Virus record (IMG/VR): IMGVR_UViG_3300034171_000062
Coordinates: 1-64,000 of that record
DNA: 64,000 bases
Direction: 5' to 3' (one strand)
From: a virus
Taxonomy: Duplodnaviria > Caudoviricetes
Shown: positions 60,626 through 64,000 of the stretch, in pieces
Layout: each line of letters starts with the position of its first letter
Position numbering within the stretch: the stretch's first letter is position 1
Position numbers and translations under genes: made by a program
The notes under the pieces: generated by a model
Database searches by the model: none
What the model was told of the DNA's origin: nothing
What the model saw: the letters and a program-made list of their open reading frames with translations, nothing else

Positions 60626-61511
60626 ACGAGGCTCCGAGGTCTAACCCCGTGGGGGTACGATAATGGGTGCGATGGAGGTCATCCATCACGGTTAAGATTT
60701 GATCCAACTTACTGGGGGCGTCGTGCAACCAGAACACCCCGCTGTAGGGACTGGCCAGCAGTCGACATAAGGCCTGGTGGGGATCGGGCTGAATCCGAAC
60801 AATCTCATAAAGTTGCCGGTAAATGTGGCGGTTCACTACTTCATGGTCGGCATCAATAAGACCCACCGGTTTCTTCATCAACTTACCCAACAGTCCCAAC
60901 TCGCTGGCCGAGGTGCAATACACGGTCTCAGCGCGTTGGAGTAACTCGTGACCACTGACGTGATTGCTGTACACCGCCCCCGGAAAACTCTCTTCAATCC
61001 GAATCAACCAATCGTTCAAGGTGATGGGGTGCGGTTTGATCTTAGCGCCGGCTTTGTACAGGCGATAGACAAACGCCCAATCGACGCTGTGTTCCAGTAG
61101 ATTAGACCCTGGCAAAAACACCACCGCCGGAATGGGGTGAGACTCCAAAGACCGAATGAGACGGTACTTATCCATCCCCTTGACCAATGCGGTTCTAGGG
61201 TCGATGGGTGTCACAGTTTGGTCGGTAACGCCTTGGACGACCATCTCATATCTGAGTAAGTCGTCACACGGGGTAATCAACAAGGCGTGTGAAAAAATCT
61301 CAGTGTAGTGGATGCTTTTATACTCAGGGTCTTTGTTGTAATAGATGTCGTATAAGACCTGCTTGTCCGTTTTCCGTTCCAACTGATGGCTGAGTTTAGT
61401 CAACTTATCCATCTGGCCGGCCCGACCCACCGTGCCCGACTTATGCAGTTGGGTATACCCATCCCCCAATCGATCAGAGGCGCTGTCGAACTCTAGGTCG
61501 TTCATACTCAA
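60558..61511 (-). CDS. capsule-biosynthesis KpsS/KpsC-like glycosyltransferase
   Basis: KIKPHP and LLQRAETVYCTSASELGLLGKLMKKPV resemble KpsC/KpsS HP and S-T-x-G-x-E-A...KPV motifs. Confidence 0.6.
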   Translation of the reverse strand: MSMNDLEFDSASDRLGDGYTQLHKSGTVGRAGQMDKLTKLSHQLERKTDKQVLYDIYYNKDPEYKSIHYTEIFSHALLITPCDDLLRYEMVVQGVTDQTVTPIDPRTALVKGMDKYRLIRSLESHPIPAVVFLPGSNLLEHSVDWAFVYRLYKAGAKIKPHPITLNDWLIRIEESFPGAVYSNHVSGHELLQRAETVYCTSASELGLLGKLMKKPVGLIDADHEVVNRHIYRQLYEIVRIQPDPHQALCRLLASPYSGVFWLHDAPSKLDQILTVMDDLHRTHYRTPTGLDLGASYELQSERTEFDQSYGFGGLGLG

Positions 61512-61759
61512 TCTCCCTCGTGGACTTCCTCCGTCGAGGGGAGGAGACCAAGTCTTGCTAACTCGTCTTGAACCCGCGCTTCAATACGAGCGTTCATCGT
61601 CGCATCGAGTTGTTGCAGGGTGGATTCCAAACGGTTATCAAAATTCGTAAGGTGTTCCAGGAACACGTCGGTCAAGGTTTCCAACTTACGCATCGCTTGG
61701 TTTAACTGTTCCTCTAGAGGATTCTTGACTTCGTCATCGGCGGTCATATTGACTCCCAT
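61508..61759 (-). CDS. small coiled-coil protein
   Basis: Heptad pattern; coupled to both neighbours. Confidence 0.65.
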   Translation of the reverse strand: MGVNMTADDEVKNPLEEQLNQAMRKLETLTDVFLEHLTNFDNRLESTLQQLDATMNARIEARVQDELARLGLLPSTEEVHEGD

Positions 61760-62259
61760 TAGTAATATATCGTGGTGGTGATGGCGCTGTTGATCGTGGT
61801 GGTGATGGTCACATTTTGGCTGGACGTTGTTGTTGTATTTTTAGTTGCCGCAGTAGAGTGTCCGGTGGTATGGCTGGTGTTCCGAGTGGAATTCACGGTG
61901 GTGGTGTAACTCGTGACGTACCCCCCTTTGTATTCTCCCGTGTTGTGAGAGGTAGTCCGACTGACGCCTTGAACCAACGTGCTGTACGTAGTCGTGTAGT
62001 TTGTTGTGATCGACCACCCGGTCACGGTTGTTTTAGAAACCGCGGTTGAAACCGTGGTGGTTACCGACACAGGCGCGGTGGTGTTGATGATTCTTTGATA
62101 CGCAATCCCAGGCAACATACTGAAACGTATCGGGGGAGCACTCGGCAACGCCGGATGCCCACGACCCAATAACGACGACATGCGGTTGCTTGATAAGGTT
62201 CCCTGGAATTCGGTCACCACATCCGCGAAGGAAATTGGGGACGCTGCCGGTAGGGCCAT
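61759..62259 (-). CDS. Thr/Ser-rich tail-fibre tip adhesin
   Basis: N-terminal MALPAASPISFADVVTEF fibre-attachment-like domain, then about 105 aa rich in Thr/Ser; directly after the S74-chaperone fibre; AGGAG RBS. Confidence 0.65.
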   Translation of the reverse strand: MALPAASPISFADVVTEFQGTLSSNRMSSLLGRGHPALPSAPPIRFSMLPGIAYQRIINTTAPVSVTTTVSTAVSKTTVTGWSITTNYTTTYSTLVQGVSRTTSHNTGEYKGGYVTSYTTTVNSTRNTSHTTGHSTAATKNTTTTSSQNVTITTTINSAITTTIYY

Positions 62260-62302
62260 CGTTCTCTCCTATGATAAGAGACATCCGTGTCTATTGATGA
62301 CA

Positions 62303-64000
62303 TTACTGGCGAGTGCGAAGTACCTGGACCAGTTCGTCAATCTCCCCCCGCATGGAGGCCACCTCACTCCGAACCTCGTCCAGCTCAACGCATTTCTCCT
62401 TAAAGCTTTGCGTGAGCAGTGCGATAAAGTCGACGTAGGCCAAACTCAATTTACCGTCTTCTCGGGTTCTCAGTAGTTCTGGGAACACCCCCGCCGCTTC
62501 GTGAGCTAAGAACCCAAAGCGTATCTTCTTATCGGGGTCGTCTTTAAGGACGTACCGACGGGGTAAGAGTTGCCGGTAACGATCGCTGATTTCAGACACG
62601 TGTTCGATGGCGTCTTTCAGAGACTCGTCTGAGGCGTAGATGAAATCGTTTGCGGTGATCTCTCCAACGACGGTGCTATTACCCGCCTTGGTTACATAAC
62701 TCGCGTCGTGATCGCCAGCCGCCACGTGGTCGTACATGGCTTTGGCTTGCAGAGTCTTTACCATGGATTGATCGTTTCTTGCGGCGGTCGACTCTGGATT
62801 GGTTTCAGCTCCAGAGTCGATTCCATCCAACTTCGTCCGATCGGCGGCTGACATAGCGCCAGCGGCATCGACCGTGGCGGCTGGCACCTCGACGCTGTCC
62901 CCAGTGCTGGAAATGAGAGTAACGCTGCTTACCGCGGTTGAGTAAGACAGGTCGGTACCAACGTTGACCTGAGCGCCAGCGGATACGCCGTTCAACTTAG
63001 ACTTATCGTCGGCTGTCATGACGCCAGCCAAACTGACGGTGGCAGACCCCAAGGTCACATCACCGCCGGTGGAGGAAGACACCGTGACGTCGGTACTCGC
63101 GCGGGTCACCCCTAGATTGGTGGCGACGTTCGCTTGGGCCCCTTCGCCAATTCCATCCAACTTCGTCCGGTCGCCAATCCCCATAAACCCAGCGTTGGTG
63201 CTGGTACTAATCGGGACGGCGACGTTCCCACCCGTGCTGGATTGCAGGGCTCGACTGTTGCCAGTGCCGGTTAATGACAGGTCCGTGCCCACGTTAACTT
63301 CCGCGCCAGCAGCGACGCTGTTCAACTTTATTTTGTCGGTCGAACTGAGTAGACCGGCCGTGTTGGTTGTGGCACCTGGCAGTACCGCATTGCTGCCGTT
63401 GGTGTTGGTGATGGTGATGCTGGTGGTGGACAGAGTACGGTCCAAATTGGTGGCGACGTTCACCTGAGCGCCTGCTTCCATCCCTACTAACTTATCAAAC
63501 TGCTGCGTGGTCATCAGTCCGGCGGTCGACGTGCTGGCCGGTGGAAGACCGACGTTGGCCCCGGTCGACGATTGAAGGGTGCGGTTGTTGCCTGACCCCC
63601 CTAACGACAGATTGGTGGCGACGTTCGCTTGAGCCCCGGCCTGCACGCCACTTAACTTACTCTTCTCAGCGGTGGTGTAATCCTCACTGGACAGCCCTTT
63701 CCCGGATACTTTATCGACCTTAGTGTCCAAAGTCGCATCCAGCTGTGTCTGGGTGTAATATCGAGCGTCGTGATCGCCACTGAGGGCGTGGTCTCTCAGA
63801 GCTTTAGCCTGAAGTACCACGGTGGTGCTGCTGTTGTTCCGCGCTGCCGTGGTCTCTGGGTTGACTTCCGCGTCCGTTTCAATGCCGTTCAACTTTCCAA
63901 GCAGACTCGGACTCATCAAACCGGCGTCTGAGGCGGTCACCACCGCCAACGTCACTCCGGTGCCGTTGCTATTGAGGATCACGTATTCAGTGGCGGTGCG
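62303..64000 (-). CDS. long tail fibre with C-terminal intramolecular chaperone (peptidase S74); 5' end outside the window
   Basis: Five 55-aa repeats, KVDKVSGKGLS, SDESLKD cleavage motif, GFLAHE, C-terminal coiled coil. Confidence 0.9.
   Translation of the reverse strand, partial: RTATEYVILNSNGTGVTLAVVTASDAGLMSPSLLGKLNGIETDAEVNPETTAARNNSSTTVVLQAKALRDHALSGDHDARYYTQTQLDATLDTKVDKVSGKGLSSEDYTTAEKSKLSGVQAGAQANVATNLSLGGSGNNRTLQSSTGANVGLPPASTSTAGLMTTQQFDKLVGMEAGAQVNVATNLDRTLSTTSITITNTNGSNAVLPGATTNTAGLLSSTDKIKLNSVAAGAEVNVGTDLSLTGTGNSRALQSSTGGNVAVPISTSTNAGFMGIGDRTKLDGIGEGAQANVATNLGVTRASTDVTVSSSTGGDVTLGSATVSLAGVMTADDKSKLNGVSAGAQVNVGTDLSYSTAVSSVTLISSTGDSVEVPAATVDAAGAMSAADRTKLDGIDSGAETNPESTAARNDQSMVKTLQAKAMYDHVAAGDHDASYVTKAGNSTVVGEITANDFIYASDESLKDAIEHVSEISDRYRQLLPRRYVLKDDPDKKIRFGFLAHEAAGVFPELLRTREDGKLSLAYVDFIALLTQSFKEKCVELDEVRSEVASMRGEIDELVQVLRTRQ

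Overview
64 kb segment of a phiKZ-like jumbo myophage (Chimalliviridae-type). The host is probably a marine gammaproteobacterium, inferred from a host-like NAD-dependent ligase. Family assignments come from recognised motifs and gene order; no database search was run. The window holds a conserved core block: DnaB-like helicase, major capsid protein, non-virion RNAP beta fragment, portal, virion proteins and RuvC. It also has nucleotide genes (dut, dcd), ligA, a lysis set scattered over three loci (holin, spanins, endolysin), many small early genes, and the distal end of a tail-fibre operon. Highlights: (1) the tail-fibre operon carries a Thr/Ser-rich tip adhesin, a KpsS/KpsC-like glycosyltransferase, a degenerate GT8, a membrane desaturase and a GG/ILEI lectin, which together suggest a fibre-modification system; (2) the same operon ends in a multi-ubiquitin-like protein with no C-terminal Gly, a candidate decoy against Bil/Bub ubiquitin-like defence; (3) a set of host-transcription mimics (SutA-like, RNAP alpha-CTD-like and three AraC-type HTH proteins); (4) recurring cis-elements: TATATCA early promoters, a TAACCT-N-TA box before start codons, and hairpins ending in TATGCCG instead of a U-tract. 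No tRNA, rRNA, CRISPR array or transposase was seen.
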